Positions 26,931-39,195 of a stretch of 64,000 nt of DNA are shown here, in pieces. Position numbers and translations under genes: made by a program. The notes beneath the pieces are model-generated. The model saw only the letters and a program-made list of their open reading frames with translations. It made no database searches and was not told the DNA's origin. Source of the DNA: Octopus sinensis. Its lineage: Eukaryota. Positions within the stretch are counted from its first letter, which is position 1. Each line of letters starts with the position of its first letter. Location: contig NC_043005.1 in NCBI RefSeq assembly GCF_006345805.1, positions 63,240,001 to 63,304,000 of the forward strand, given 5' to 3'.

Positions 26931-27854
26931 AAAATGGAAAATGACTATTATAATTCAGAAATAATACTTGTTTAATATAGATGCATGAATGCTTTTATTT
27001 TCCTTTTTTCTCTGTTCAAGTTACAAAATATGAGAGGTTGTCAATGAGAAAGATATCAAATTGTTACAAATATCTTAGATCATAACTGAACACTTCAAAG
27101 TATTTGGTTCAGCATTCAGCAAAAAAAAAAAAAGGAACTAAATGGATTTAACAAACTAGAGATTCCATAGAATCTTAACATCTAGACACATAAAATAACC
27201 AAATACTATATGCCATTAGAACATCATAGATCATTAAACACGACAATGTAAAAAAGAATGCTTCATAATAGATGTTGCAATTCTTTCGAAGAAAAAATAT
27301 TGCAAACAAAGAAGAACAGATTTACAAGTATTTTGAAATGTTTTAAATTTAAGTACAAAGCCAGGATTTTGAGGTGGGGAGTTAGTTAAATCAACCCCAA
27401 TACCTGACTGGTATTTTATTTTGTTGATCCCAGTGGGATGGGATGAAGAGTAAAGTCAAACTCGGTGGGACTTGAAATCAGAACATAAAAATACTACAAG
27501 GTATAACAGATAACAATAATGATAATGATGGTGGTGGTAGAAATATAAGAACAACCAAGAAACATTCAGAGAGATGAGGCAAAGAGCTAATTTTCAAAGT
27601 GATCAGCAAAATGGTATTTTTTTAAACATAAAACAGTTTCACAAAGAACAGTCAGATCTATTTGAATAAAAAACAATTATATAACCTTCAACGGGCCAAT
27701 ATTTCAAAAATGTTTCCAAATGTTTGTAAGAATATATAATCACAAGTACAAAGAAAATTAATATAGTATAAAAATAAAACACTGGATAGAGAAAGACTAT
27801 CCAAAGAAACTATTTGAGTACAAACAGGAAGAGGATCAATAACATCAATTATCA

Positions 27855-28005
27855 TCCTTGTTGGTGCTAGGAAGGGCATCCAGCCATAGAAACGATGCCA
27901 AATCAGACAGGAGTTTGGCACAGACTTTCAGCTTACAAGCCCTGGTCAAACTGTCCAACTTGTGCCAGCATGGACAATGGATGTTAAATGATGACAATGA
28001 TGATG
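27855..28005 (+). mobile_element. RTE 3' tail fragment
   Basis: GGTGCTAGGAAGGGCATCCAGCCATAGAAAC...GCCAGCATGGACAATGGATGTTAAATGATG. Confidence 0.7.
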
Positions 28006-28329
28006 TTACATCCAGGTCCCTCACTAAGAACCATGCCCGTTTCTTCCTTCTTAGAATATTGGTCTTCTGGAATCTTCTTCCTACTCATAAATATTCTGCA
28101 GGTAATGACTTTCAGCAGTTTAAATGAAGCATTAACAGCATCAGGCTCATTGGTCGCTGTAAAGGTCACTGGTACAACCTCTTCTTTCGAGTTCAGTAAG
28201 TAAAAATAAATATACGAACAACGAAAAAAACCATCATCATTGTCATCATCATTATCAACATCACCATCTTTATCATCCTCATCACCACCATCATCACTAC
28301 CACCACCATCACCACCACTACCACCACCA

Positions 28330-28540
28330 CCACCACCACCATCATCATCTTTTTATGCTTGCATGGGTTGAATGGTTTAACAGGAGCTGGCAAACCAGGA
28401 GACTGCACCATACTGTCTGCTTTGGCATGGTTTCTATGGCTGGATGCCTTTCTGAATACTAACCACTTTGCAGAGTGTACTAGGTGCTCTTTACATAGCT
28501 CTTTATACATAGCTGCAGTGATGGCACCAGCCAAGTAACG
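28330..28540 (-). mobile_element. RTE 3' tail fragment
   Basis: (CAT)n...GCTTGCATGGG...GGCTGGATGCCTTTCTGAATACTAACC. Confidence 0.65.
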
Positions 28541-30093
28541 TGCTTCCATGAATAGATTTCTAATCTGAACTCACATAAAATTGCTTTTTATAAGTTGTTA
28601 TAAGTGAGATAGTCGTATGTACTACACAAAATAAGGACTAATTGAAGAGCAAATTATTGAAACGTTTAATAAATAGGAGAGTTTACAAAGTTTATTTTCA
28701 GTGAATATTCCTACAAACTCTTCTATTAATTACGTTTTGCTGAATCAGATAACCACCAATTTATGTAGATTTCAGATTTTAGAGTACACATTCGATCACA
28801 TCACATATTTGATCCCCAACATCTTGACTGAATGAACTCTTTGAATAATGCTGAACTATGCCAACAACTACTTTAATAAAGAATAATAGAAAGCAAAGAG
28901 AAATTATTGGGAATCATGAATGTACCTCTAAGGTGGATATTGCTAGTAAACAGAACGAAAAAAATAGCAGGCAAAAAGTCATACTACAAAATATCGTTTA
29001 TTGATTAATAAATCTGTTGAGAGAAGTTGTATGTACACAACAACTAACAGCAAGAGCATGGCATGAATTCAATTAAAGGAAGTATTATGTGTGGTACAAT
29101 ATTCCAGGATCATGAAAACCTTACAAATATTCAGTATTGCCAACAAACTGGTTGAACTGAGTTCATCACGTATGCAGAGGTGCTGAACAAATTTGTATGC
29201 AAGAGGCATATATTTTAAATCTGCAGAAGTAAGAAAAACATATTACAGGTGAAATGTTTTCCAACTATTTCCTTTTTATTATCATCTGAATTCCATTATC
29301 AATAACCTTACAGGAATTATATAAAAAAAAATGTTTTAAAAAGGAAAAATATATGTATAAGATATTAATAGAGTATGGATATAAGAATTCAAGAGCTTTC
29401 AAACATAGAATCTCTTGAATACTAAGCATGGTATATGTTGTATATAATTCTATTTTGTTTATAGATGCCTTTCTATAACAGATTATAGCAATTTTCCTGT
29501 ATACATACAGTAGCAGTCAAAATGTTTACACGTTTTCGTTGTGATATTTCTGAAAATTAATATAATATATTCCTATATGCCATTAAAATGAAGAGCTTTG
29601 AGAATACCTTTTGCATTTTTGCATTGTTTAATGTGAAATATGAAAGCATTCAATATTAATTGAATAGAGTATTTGTTTGACATTTTTAAAAGCATCTCAT
29701 TGATATGGAACAAGCTATACTAAAGTACCAACCAGCAATAAATTTCTTTTGCTTTTGAAAAATGAATTGCATTATGTAGTAGACAATCCTGACATTGTTA
29801 GCATAGATTAATTAAATATTTATTTGGAATCTCTATTCAAAATTTAGAATTGAACTCTGTGGATTTGGAGGAAGCATTATTACCATTTTTATTGATTTAT
29901 ATCTTTCATTTTAGATCATATAAATCCATCAATACTTTGATTAATTATTTATCAATATTCCACAAAATTTATACTACTATAAAAGTGACTTTTCTCCATA
30001 AGTCTGTAGAAGAGGAGGAGAGATGGGAGGAACCCTTATCAATGATTATATATAAGCATATATACATATGCATATATAGATATGCATATATAC

Positions 30094-30140
<47 letters not shown>

Positions 30141-31069
30141 TATATATATTTGTGGTTAATTTTTAATATGAATTGTTGCCAGGTTAATGCTTTCTGTTTA
30201 GCTACGTGTCTGTCATAACCAAATTGACCTATGATTAAACGTGTTTCAATTGTAGCAAGCCCCACCCTTTATTCAAACATAATGCATCTTAGATTACATT
30301 ATTCTATATGATACCAGGAAGATTTAGCTGTTTTTTCTTGCAGGTTGAACAATGCAGAAGCACAAAGTTGGTTTAACAAGTTAAAGGATCCTAGTTGAGT
30401 CTGGTCAAAAAGACTTATTATCAAAGACATTCCAACTGTGATAATCTTGATTAATTTTGCAAATTGTGTGTTCTGGTTTACATTATCCGATGCATCCTTT
30501 TCTAAGGTAATAGGGTATGGCCAGACGGAGACTTGGCTGCCATTTCTAGCAGATCAAGTAACTAAATGAAGGTTTTCTCTTTGGTGCAAATTAATAGCTA
30601 AATTATTGGGTGAAAATCAAAAGTTTCAACGCTACCATAACTGCTATACTGCTTAATATACTTAATTATTGCTGGATTATTCCACCTAGTTTTAAACAGG
30701 TACCACGAATTGATAATGCTGCTGCTGTAAAGAGCAGCAATATTGTGTATAAACAGGGCTTTGTTACTATTTACTTTTGAGTCCAAGACCTTTCAGGGTT
30801 TTTGAAAGAGTGGCAGAAAAATCCTCTCTCCTACCTCTCTGTAAAGATTGATTTCATCAAAATAATTTGAATCATGAGTGATAGCCTTCTATTCTGGTAC
30901 TTATTCCATCAGTCCCTTTTAATGGAACAGCTGAGTTTCTTTTTAAGGGATTTACCAATTTAACTAGCAAACACCATGAGAAATTTATATAAGTTTACAC
31001 AAAACATACATAATATACATATATGCATGACGCATATATGAATACATACATATATGCATACATGCATAC

Positions 31070-31475
31070 ATACATAAATACATACATACATAACCCTGTT
31101 GTTGATGTTGAAATTCCAATAAAGGAAGTTTCGATCTAGGTTAGAAAGCAGCTTGTTCTCTATGGGCAAGAAATCTTGAAATAAAATTGAACAATGACAT
31201 ACATACATACAATGTGTTTATACACATTGCCTAAATACCAATCTTGAGAAATTAGGCTTTCAAAAACCAGAATGGAGAAATCTAATTTGAAGACAACAGA
31301 TCCAATCCATCACTGGAACAGTAAAATCTGTAAAACTCTCCAGAAGTTTATCATTTAAATATATATGAGCATTTCTAGATATGCAGCTATAAGCATGAGA
31401 ATACATAAAACATACAAATCTGCACATACATACATGCATGCATGCATACATACATACATACATACATACATACAT

Positions 31476-31508
<33 letters not shown>

Positions 31509-31630
31509 TATGTACATACAAAATGCCCTGTTATTAATGTTGAAATTCCAATGAGGGAGCCTTGGATCTCGATTAGAAACTAACTCTTTCCCTATTGGCA
31601 AGAAATCTTGAAATAAAACTGAATAATAAC
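31070..31630. repeat. Two copies of an unclassified ~130-bp interspersed repeat (about 31070-31200 and 31520-31630) between (TACA)n tracts
   Basis: Shared CCCTGTT..T.ATGTTGAAATTCCAAT...GGCAAGAAATCTTGAAATAAAA. Confidence 0.7.
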
Positions 31631-31714
31631 ATATATATATAAATGCATACATACATACATACATACATACATACATACATACATACATACATACATACAT
31701 ACATACGTATAGAT

Positions 31715-32155
31715 GCAGATGTGGCTGTGTGGTAAAATGTCTTCTTCCAAACAATATGGTTTTGGGTTCAGCTCCACTGAATGGCACTTTAGGCAAGTGT
31801 CTTCTACACTAGCCCTGGGCTGACCAAAGCCATGTGAGTGGATTTCAAAAACTGAGAAAAGCTTGTTGCACATGTATATGCGTGTGAGTGTGTGCATTTG
31901 CCTGTGTGTGTATGCACATTTGTGTTTCCTTGCCTTGATGTTAGCTGATCATTGTAAATGATTGCCATTTCCACGTAAGCAGTTTTATTCATTTCCAATA
32001 TTTTCCCAAAACATATTTAGCCCTGAAGAAATATCACCTTGCTTGGAAACAGATTAAGGTCAGTGACAGGATGGGTATCTAGTCATAGAAAATTTGCCTC
32101 AAATGAACTCCATCTAATTCTTGCAAGAATGGAAAAGTGGACTTCAAACGATAAA
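31715..32155 (+). mobile_element. SINE family A with RTE-type tail
   Basis: Family A head, then GTGACAGGATGGGTATCTAG..ATAGAAAATTTGCCTC...GCAAGAATGGAAAAGTGGACTTCAAACGAT. Confidence 0.75.
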
Positions 32156-32224
32156 AATTACAACATATATATATATATATACATACACACACTTGTGTTT
32201 CAAAATTATACAACAAACAAAAAT

Positions 32225-32340
32225 CAAAAGACAGACACAGGTTAAGGAACAGCAAACAAGGTGTATTAGTTTTGACGCTCAGGAAAAATAGCCGAGTCAT
32301 TGATGTTTTGAGCCTAGGATCTTTTGCAGAAAGGACTGAG
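32225..32340 (-). mobile_element. Degenerate copy of the 8300-8458 hammerhead-bearing element
   Basis: Minus strand TCCTTT CTGCAAAA GATC ctag GCTC AAAA CAT...CCTGAGCGTCAAAACTAATACACC. Confidence 0.5.
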
Positions 32341-32379
32341 GAGAGAAAACAGAGTGAGAGGGAAAAAATGTGTCTATGT

Positions 32380-32437
<58 letters not shown>

Positions 32438-32586
32438 GTGTGTGTGCGTGTGTGTGTGTGTAAATTTAAGTCACACTATATGGATTTAAGTAATCAGGTA
32501 GTTCTCATAAATAAAGAGCCTTAATGAATCATTCTACAAAACAAAATATATAGTATGATATAAGAGAAAACTACAAGGAGTGTATG

Positions 32587-32997
32587 AAGTTATAATGAGA
32601 GAAATAGTATGATAAAATTTATTTAACCTTTGGAAATTCTTATATCACAACAATTGTTACACAACTTAAAACATGCATGGATAATTTATTTTATTATATT
32701 TTATAATAAGTAAATCATATAATTTATAATAAGTAAATAATAATCTCCCGACGTAACATTATGTCATGAGATTATTATGCAACACAGATTATTTTCTCTC
32801 ATCCGATGAACTTACTTAATATCCATATCGATTTGAAAGATTATCTGTATTAATACAGACATGTAAGTAATTCACTTATAAAATAAACAAAACAGAATAT
32901 CTTTGCATGTTTTAAGTTCTGAAACAATTGTTGTGATATAAGAATTTCTAATAGTAAATAAATTTTATCATACTATTTCTTTCATCATATATAACTT
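32587..32997. mobile_element. Fold-back/MITE-like element with ~92-bp imperfect inverted repeats
   Basis: 32587-32677 pairs with 32904-32997 (e.g. GAAATAGTATGATAAAATTTATTTA and GAAATTCTTATATCACAACAATTGTT blocks). Confidence 0.75.
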
Positions 32998-33045
32998 TGT
33001 ATATATATATATATCAAAATAAGCAACAAGGATATCCAAAGGTAG

Positions 33046-33134
33046 TGCAGTATAATCGTTTCATGCGACTTCATTTAATTAAACAATGTAAGAAATTACA
33101 TCAGTTTTAAAATGTAGAGCAATCTTCAGCTGCA
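33046..33134 (-). ncRNA. Type I hammerhead-like fold, probably decayed
   Basis: TGCAG CTGAAGA T TGC...GCA T GAAA CGATTA TA CTGCA: 5-bp stem I, intact CUGAAGA and GAAA; stem III broken in this copy. Confidence 0.55.
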
Positions 33135-33250
33135 TATGGAATTTTTTAGTTAGATTGAAAAGATTCATTTATATATATATACATATATATATAGTATATA
33201 TATATATATTATGTGTGTATATATATATATATACATATATATTATGTGTG

Positions 33251-33282
<32 letters not shown>

Positions 33283-33316
33283 ATAATATATATATATATA
33301 TGCATACATATATACA

Positions 33317-33361
<45 letters not shown>

Positions 33362-33619
33362 TATATATAATATATGGGTGTGTGTGATTGTGTGTATAGA
33401 AGAATATATTAATAAAAGGAATTCCAACCTTGTCTGATTTTCACGTTTTATTTACAATCTTATAATGATATATTATAAGATAATATATTATAATTGAATA
33501 AAATAAAATGAAATAGTAGAATGTTAAATGTTCATTCTGATTGAACTAGTACTTTCATGCATTGAATTCTGCAATCTTCGGGTTCATGTAGTAGTGGTGA
33601 CAGTCATGCTTCACAATTT

Positions 33620-33770
33620 TTGATTGTAGCAAGATGATTGATTCTGTGCTATAAATACAGCTGGGTAGGCTCCAGAGTGCTAGGTTTTGCAAACTGTATT
33701 CTGACCAATCAGTGTGTAGTATCACTCAATTACTTAAGCTGATTGGTTGGTTGAGCTGATTGGTTTAGGC
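33620..33770 (-). promoter_or_regulatory. Candidate Pol II promoter: three NF-Y/CCAAT boxes plus TATA-like box
   Basis: GACCAATCAG (33703-33712), CTGATTGGTT at about 33739-33748 and 33756-33765; TATAAATA/TATTTATA at 33650-33657. Confidence 0.45.
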
Positions 33771-34349
33771 ATCACGCTTTGTTGGACATGTCAAGAGTCC
33801 TGTATCTTGACCCTGGCCGAAGCAGCAATTGCTGGGTTATTTTTAGAAATGTCGTAAATATCCTTTGTCAGAGATTTTTATATTTTTATATTTCAATTGT
33901 CATCATCATCATTGTCAGCACCTATATATATACACACATACACGCACACACATATATATAGACATACACACACACATATAGATATAAATATATATGTATC
34001 TATGAATGTATGTGTGAGTATGTTCTGTGTACATAGGGAAACCTGAGATTGTCATTGTTGGAATGCATTTGCTTATATGCCTGCTCAATGGGGTCTGACC
34101 TGGAGCTAGACAACAACAGCTGCAACAGCAACAACAAACTAATTGCAGTACATGTATTCAGCAAAATAATTGCAGAAATATAGAAAAAGAAGATTGATGT
34201 CCCTGAAGGGAATATAAAATATTCAACCTTAACTAGAAAATTGAAATAGCAATCTTAACAAAGGCAAGAGATAACCTTAAAAAAAAAAGCAACATGTCAA
34301 CAATACAATTAATGGAAATACAACTCAATATCAGGAAACTAATTAATGA

Positions 34350-34456
34350 AAATAACAAGAAGAAGAAGAACAACAACAACAGCAACAGCAGTAGCAGCAA
34401 CTGCAACAACAATTGCAACAACAACTGCAACAACAACAACTGCAACAACAACAACT

Positions 34457-34554
<98 letters not shown>

Positions 34555-34570
34555 AATAATAATAATAGAC
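34350..34570. repeat. Compound (CAA)/(CAG)/(AAT) trinucleotide repeat
   Basis: Direct. Confidence 0.95.
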
Positions 34571-34878
34571 CAAAAAGAAAGCATAAAAAAATCTATCAGG
34601 CATTTGTAATCAGCAGAAAACTCCAAACCAAGCTGTAAATCACTATACAGGACTAATTAGCAACTTTAACAACTCTAAACAACAGATGTAACAGATCACT
34701 CATCACCATCAGTTCATGGAACATAGCCACACTTCAACACAAAGCAAATTCTCTTACAAATCATGTTTTTTTCAAATTAGTCATCAAAACAAACAGGAAC
34801 ACACACACACAAAAAGATATCTTCTTCCACTTAGACTAGTGTTTCATAACCTTTATATATATATATACATATATATAC

Positions 34879-34910
<32 letters not shown>

Positions 34911-35018
34911 ATGTATATATATATGTATATATATGTATGTATATATATATGTATATATATATATTTATATATACATACATATAGATATATGTATATATAC
35001 ATATATATATATACATAC

Positions 35019-35071
<53 letters not shown>

Positions 35072-35142
35072 TATAAATATATATATATATGTATACCCCA
35101 GAACTCCACTTTGTTATATATGTATATATATATATTTATATG

Positions 35143-35239
<97 letters not shown>

Positions 35240-35959
35240 CCTTCCCTAGTAGTTCACTTTCCCATTTTCTTCCTATGTATGTGAAAAATAAAGAGCCTTG
35301 TATAGAACACAATTTATTGTATAACATTTGCAACCTTTCATTAATGTAACATTAACATCTTTAAAATCAGCATTAAAGATAGTAATTTAGACAAACTGTT
35401 ACTTTCAAAAGCAAATAATACCATCTTATGATGAGAGAGAATTTACATTGCACTTTGATCGGCCAGAAATAGATAAATTCTCTCAAATCACACCACATTA
35501 GCAAAGAAGCAGTAAATGTGACAATATAGTTAAGAATTTTTCTGCCAAATCATGTGGTTTGGAGTTCAGTCCCACTGTGCAGCACCTTTATTAAGTGCCT
35601 TCTACTGAGGCCTCAGATTTATCAAAACCTTGTGAGTGGATTTGGTAGACAAAAACCAAAAGAAGCTCGCCATTTCAGTTTGACTCAATGCAAGCATTGG
35701 GAAGTGGACATTAAAACAAGTATGATGGATCCTAGGGAGTAGATGAAAAGAAAATAATAACAATAAAGCAAAGAAGATGACCATCTCCAAATATTAAAAT
35801 ATGTTTCAACACACATGTTCACAACAAGAATCTTACAAAACAAATTGATAAATATAAGTCCTAGAAATACTATGCATTAAAAAACAAAATATAGGCATGA
35901 TAGTCACAGGTGGAACAAATTTGCTCACAGATTTTCAAAAAGTAAACTAAGATTAAATA

Positions 35960-36415
35960 ATGGTTTCAAATTTTGGCACAGGGTAACCAGTTTTGAGATG
36001 GGAGGGGAAAGTCAATTACATTGACCCCCCAGTACTTAATTGGTACTTATTTTATCGGCCCAAAAGGGTGAATGGCAAAGTTGACCTTGTCAGAACTTGA
36101 GCTCAAAATGGAAAGACAAGTGAAAAGCTTCTATTGCATTTTGTCCAGCATGTTAATGTTTCTACCAGCTTGTCACCTTTGCCAAGGTTAAACAATCCTT
36201 TCTATTAAAATCACAAGGCCTGGAATTTAGGAGGAGGAGACTAGTCGAGTGCATAAGCCCCAGTGTCTCTCTGGTACTTAATTCATCATCCCTGAAAGGA
36301 TGAAAGGTAAAGTCAACCTTGGTAGAATTTGAAATCAGAATGGTAAAGACGGACGAAATTCCTCAAAGCATTTTACCCAGTATGCAAATGATTCAGCCAG
36401 CTCACTGCCTTCCTG
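35960..36415 (-). mobile_element. Two adjacent SINE B copies (about 35960-36185 and 36200-36415)
   Basis: Both show GGTACTTA.TT.ATC..CCC..AAGG.TGAA.GG.AAAGT..ACCTTG. Confidence 0.8.
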
Positions 36416-37338
36416 GGGTTAAATAACAACAACTTATACAGAGCTAAATAAACATAGCTGATAAGAGAATAGCAAAGTAGGCTACTATCACATTTGAAGT
36501 AAAGATACAAAATACTTTAAATGTTGACAGGAAAAAAAAAAAAAATTAATGATTAATTAAAACTGCACAGTTAATTACTTAAAAATACAATACAGTAGGA
36601 AGTGTGTCTGGAGTTTGGCAGCTATAGTGACAACTATGGCCATCATACGGTCTTACTAGGCTTCATCAGTGAATCATAATCTAAGTGGTATTGTTTGCTC
36701 TTAAAATGACTACAGTGGATATAGAATTTTCATGAATGAATAGCAACTGGCATAACAACTTGAAAGAATTACTGGAAAGAGTTAAGTTTCTTGTTTGTGA
36801 ACACTGGTTAGTGACAGTGCCAATTGAAGGATATGAACTGTTGACCTTTCATTTCATTGTCTGTTTCTTTGTCAATCAGCTATGCTTTGCTCCTATTACA
36901 ATATATCCTGATATCCTACACAACAATGTGTTTCATGATAGAATTTTTCATTGCTTTCTTTATCATTTGGTTTATGAAGAAACCTTCTCCTTACACACAT
37001 ACATACTTATGAACACTTATTCATACACACACACAAACACACACACACAATATCTCTATATATCTATACAACATAATGACATGCAATCTTCTCTCCCTAA
37101 CAACATCTATTGTGTTATCATTATCATCTTGTTATAGCTCAGCCTTTGTAGCTAAGAATTCACTTCTACATCCTTCTTTCCATTTCTGTTTCCTTTCGTT
37201 CTTATCCATCTCTCCATTCTGATTGATATACTTATTTCTATGTAATATTTTTCACAATTTACTGCCATTGTTGGGAATTTTTTTTTCCTATGTATCATCA
37301 AGTGATCTAAAGAAAGTTCGTTTTTTGGGGTTTGTTAT

Positions 37339-37390
<52 letters not shown>

Positions 37391-38064
37391 CATCATCACA
37401 TATTTCTAATAACCCACAAATGCTGTAGTATTCAATGGATCACACTTGATATATTGTCAAATCTCCTTTTGTCAGCAACAATTGTTAGAGTTATTAGAGA
37501 TAAGGCATGCTGAAGAGATCATGGTCTAAGTAAGATTTAAAAAAAGTGAGCTGTAGTTATAAAGGAAATAATAAATTAATTGACCGGCAAAGGATGTAAA
37601 ATTTCTGCAGGAGTTGAAAACCCTGATAAATAATTTATTTCACATAAAAATGGAATGAAATAAAGCAATAGATATCTGCCCATAATTTCAGTAAGTAATT
37701 GCTCTTTGTGAGTTTGGCATAAGATTCTGCAAAATATTAGAATATCTGATATAGGCTTCAAACCCAATTTATATATGTATGTATCTCTATCTATTAATGG
37801 ACAGATAGATAGATAGATAAATATATATATATATATATAGATAGATAGATATATTGTTGAGTGAAAAATATATAAAATGATAGATTCCATCAGTGAAAAG
37901 ATATAACTGCTTCTAGTTTCATACTTATGCTAAGCGATCATCAAATGATAAGCTCAACCATTTTCTAAAATATCTATGAATTGTTTAGGTTATTACTCTG
38001 TGGAGTTATCAGTTTTGCATTTTGAGCTGAGAGTTTGTACGTAGTATAACTTGTCATATAGAAA

Positions 38065-38478
38065 TGTTATGGGTGCAGGAGCGGCTGTGTGGCAAGTAGC
38101 TTGCTTACCAACCACATGGTTCTGGGTTCAGTCGCACTGCATGGCATCTTGGGCAAGTGACTTCCTCTATTGCCTCGGGCTGACCAAAGCCTTGTGAGTG
38201 GATTTGGTCGACAGAAACTGAAAGAAACCCATCGTATATATGTATATATATGTGTGTGTATGTGTGTGTGTGCATCTGTGTTTGTCCCCCTAACATCGCT
38301 TGACAATCGATGCTGGTGTGTTTACGTCCCCATAACTTAGAGGTTCAGCAAAAGAGACCGATAGAATAAGTACTAGGCTTACAAAGAATAAGTCCTGGGG
38401 TTGATTTGCTTGACTAAAGGCTGTGCTCCAGCATGGCCACAGACAAATGACTGAAACAAATAAAGGAGTAAAGAGACT
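38065..38478 (+). mobile_element. SINE family A, near full length
   Basis: High similarity to 9865-10275. Confidence 0.9.
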
Positions 38479-38756
38479 AGCTTGGCTAGTTAGAAATAAC
38501 AGGATTTATGGAACTTAAGAAATATATAAAATAAAGGGCTTCAAAATAGTATGAAAGCAGGAAGAGCAGAGGAAAGTACAGTATAATTCTATAAGCAAAT
38601 GACTTCAAAAAATTAGAGTTGAAAATGTGAGCTATCAAAGAATATCCTAGTTCAAAGAGTAGGAAATATTAAGTATGAGTGCCTATTAATAGGTTAAGTT
38701 GAAGAAGGGAAAGAGAAAGAGTATCAATGTTCCTAGTAAATAGTTAACTACTAAGC

Positions 38757-39195
38757 AGGCATAAGAGTGGCTGTGGTAAGGAGCTTGCTTATGAACCACA
38801 TGGTTCTGGGTTCAGTCCCACTGCGTGACACCTTGGACAAGTGTCTTCTACTATAGCATCAGGCTGACCAAAGCCTTGTGAGTGGATTTGGTAGATGGAA
38901 ACTGAAAGAAGCCCATATGTATCACCATCATCATCGTTTAACATACACACACATATGTGTGTGTGTGTGTGTATGTGTGTGTATATGTTTGTGTGTCTTT
39001 GTCTCTCACCCCACCAACTTCGCTTGACAACCGATGCTGGTGTGTTTAGGTACTCGTAACTTGGCAGTTCAGCAAAAGAAACCGATAGAATAAGTACTAG
39101 GCTTACAAAGAATAAGTCCTGGGGGCGATTTGCTTGACTAAAGCAGTGCTCCAGCATGGCCACAGTCAAATGACTGAAACAAGTAAAAGAGTACT
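38757..39195 (+). mobile_element. SINE family A, near full length
   Basis: High similarity to 9865-10275; contains CACCTTGGACAAGTG. Confidence 0.9.

Noticed and set aside
34294-34638. Asn/Ser-rich ORF with an RPKRKHKK NLS-like motif
   Set aside because: Length is explained by the trinucleotide repeat; the poly-Gln frame has stops; no splice support
36736-37137. 133-aa plus-strand ORF
   Set aside because: No recognisable motif, runs into (CA)n; compatible with chance
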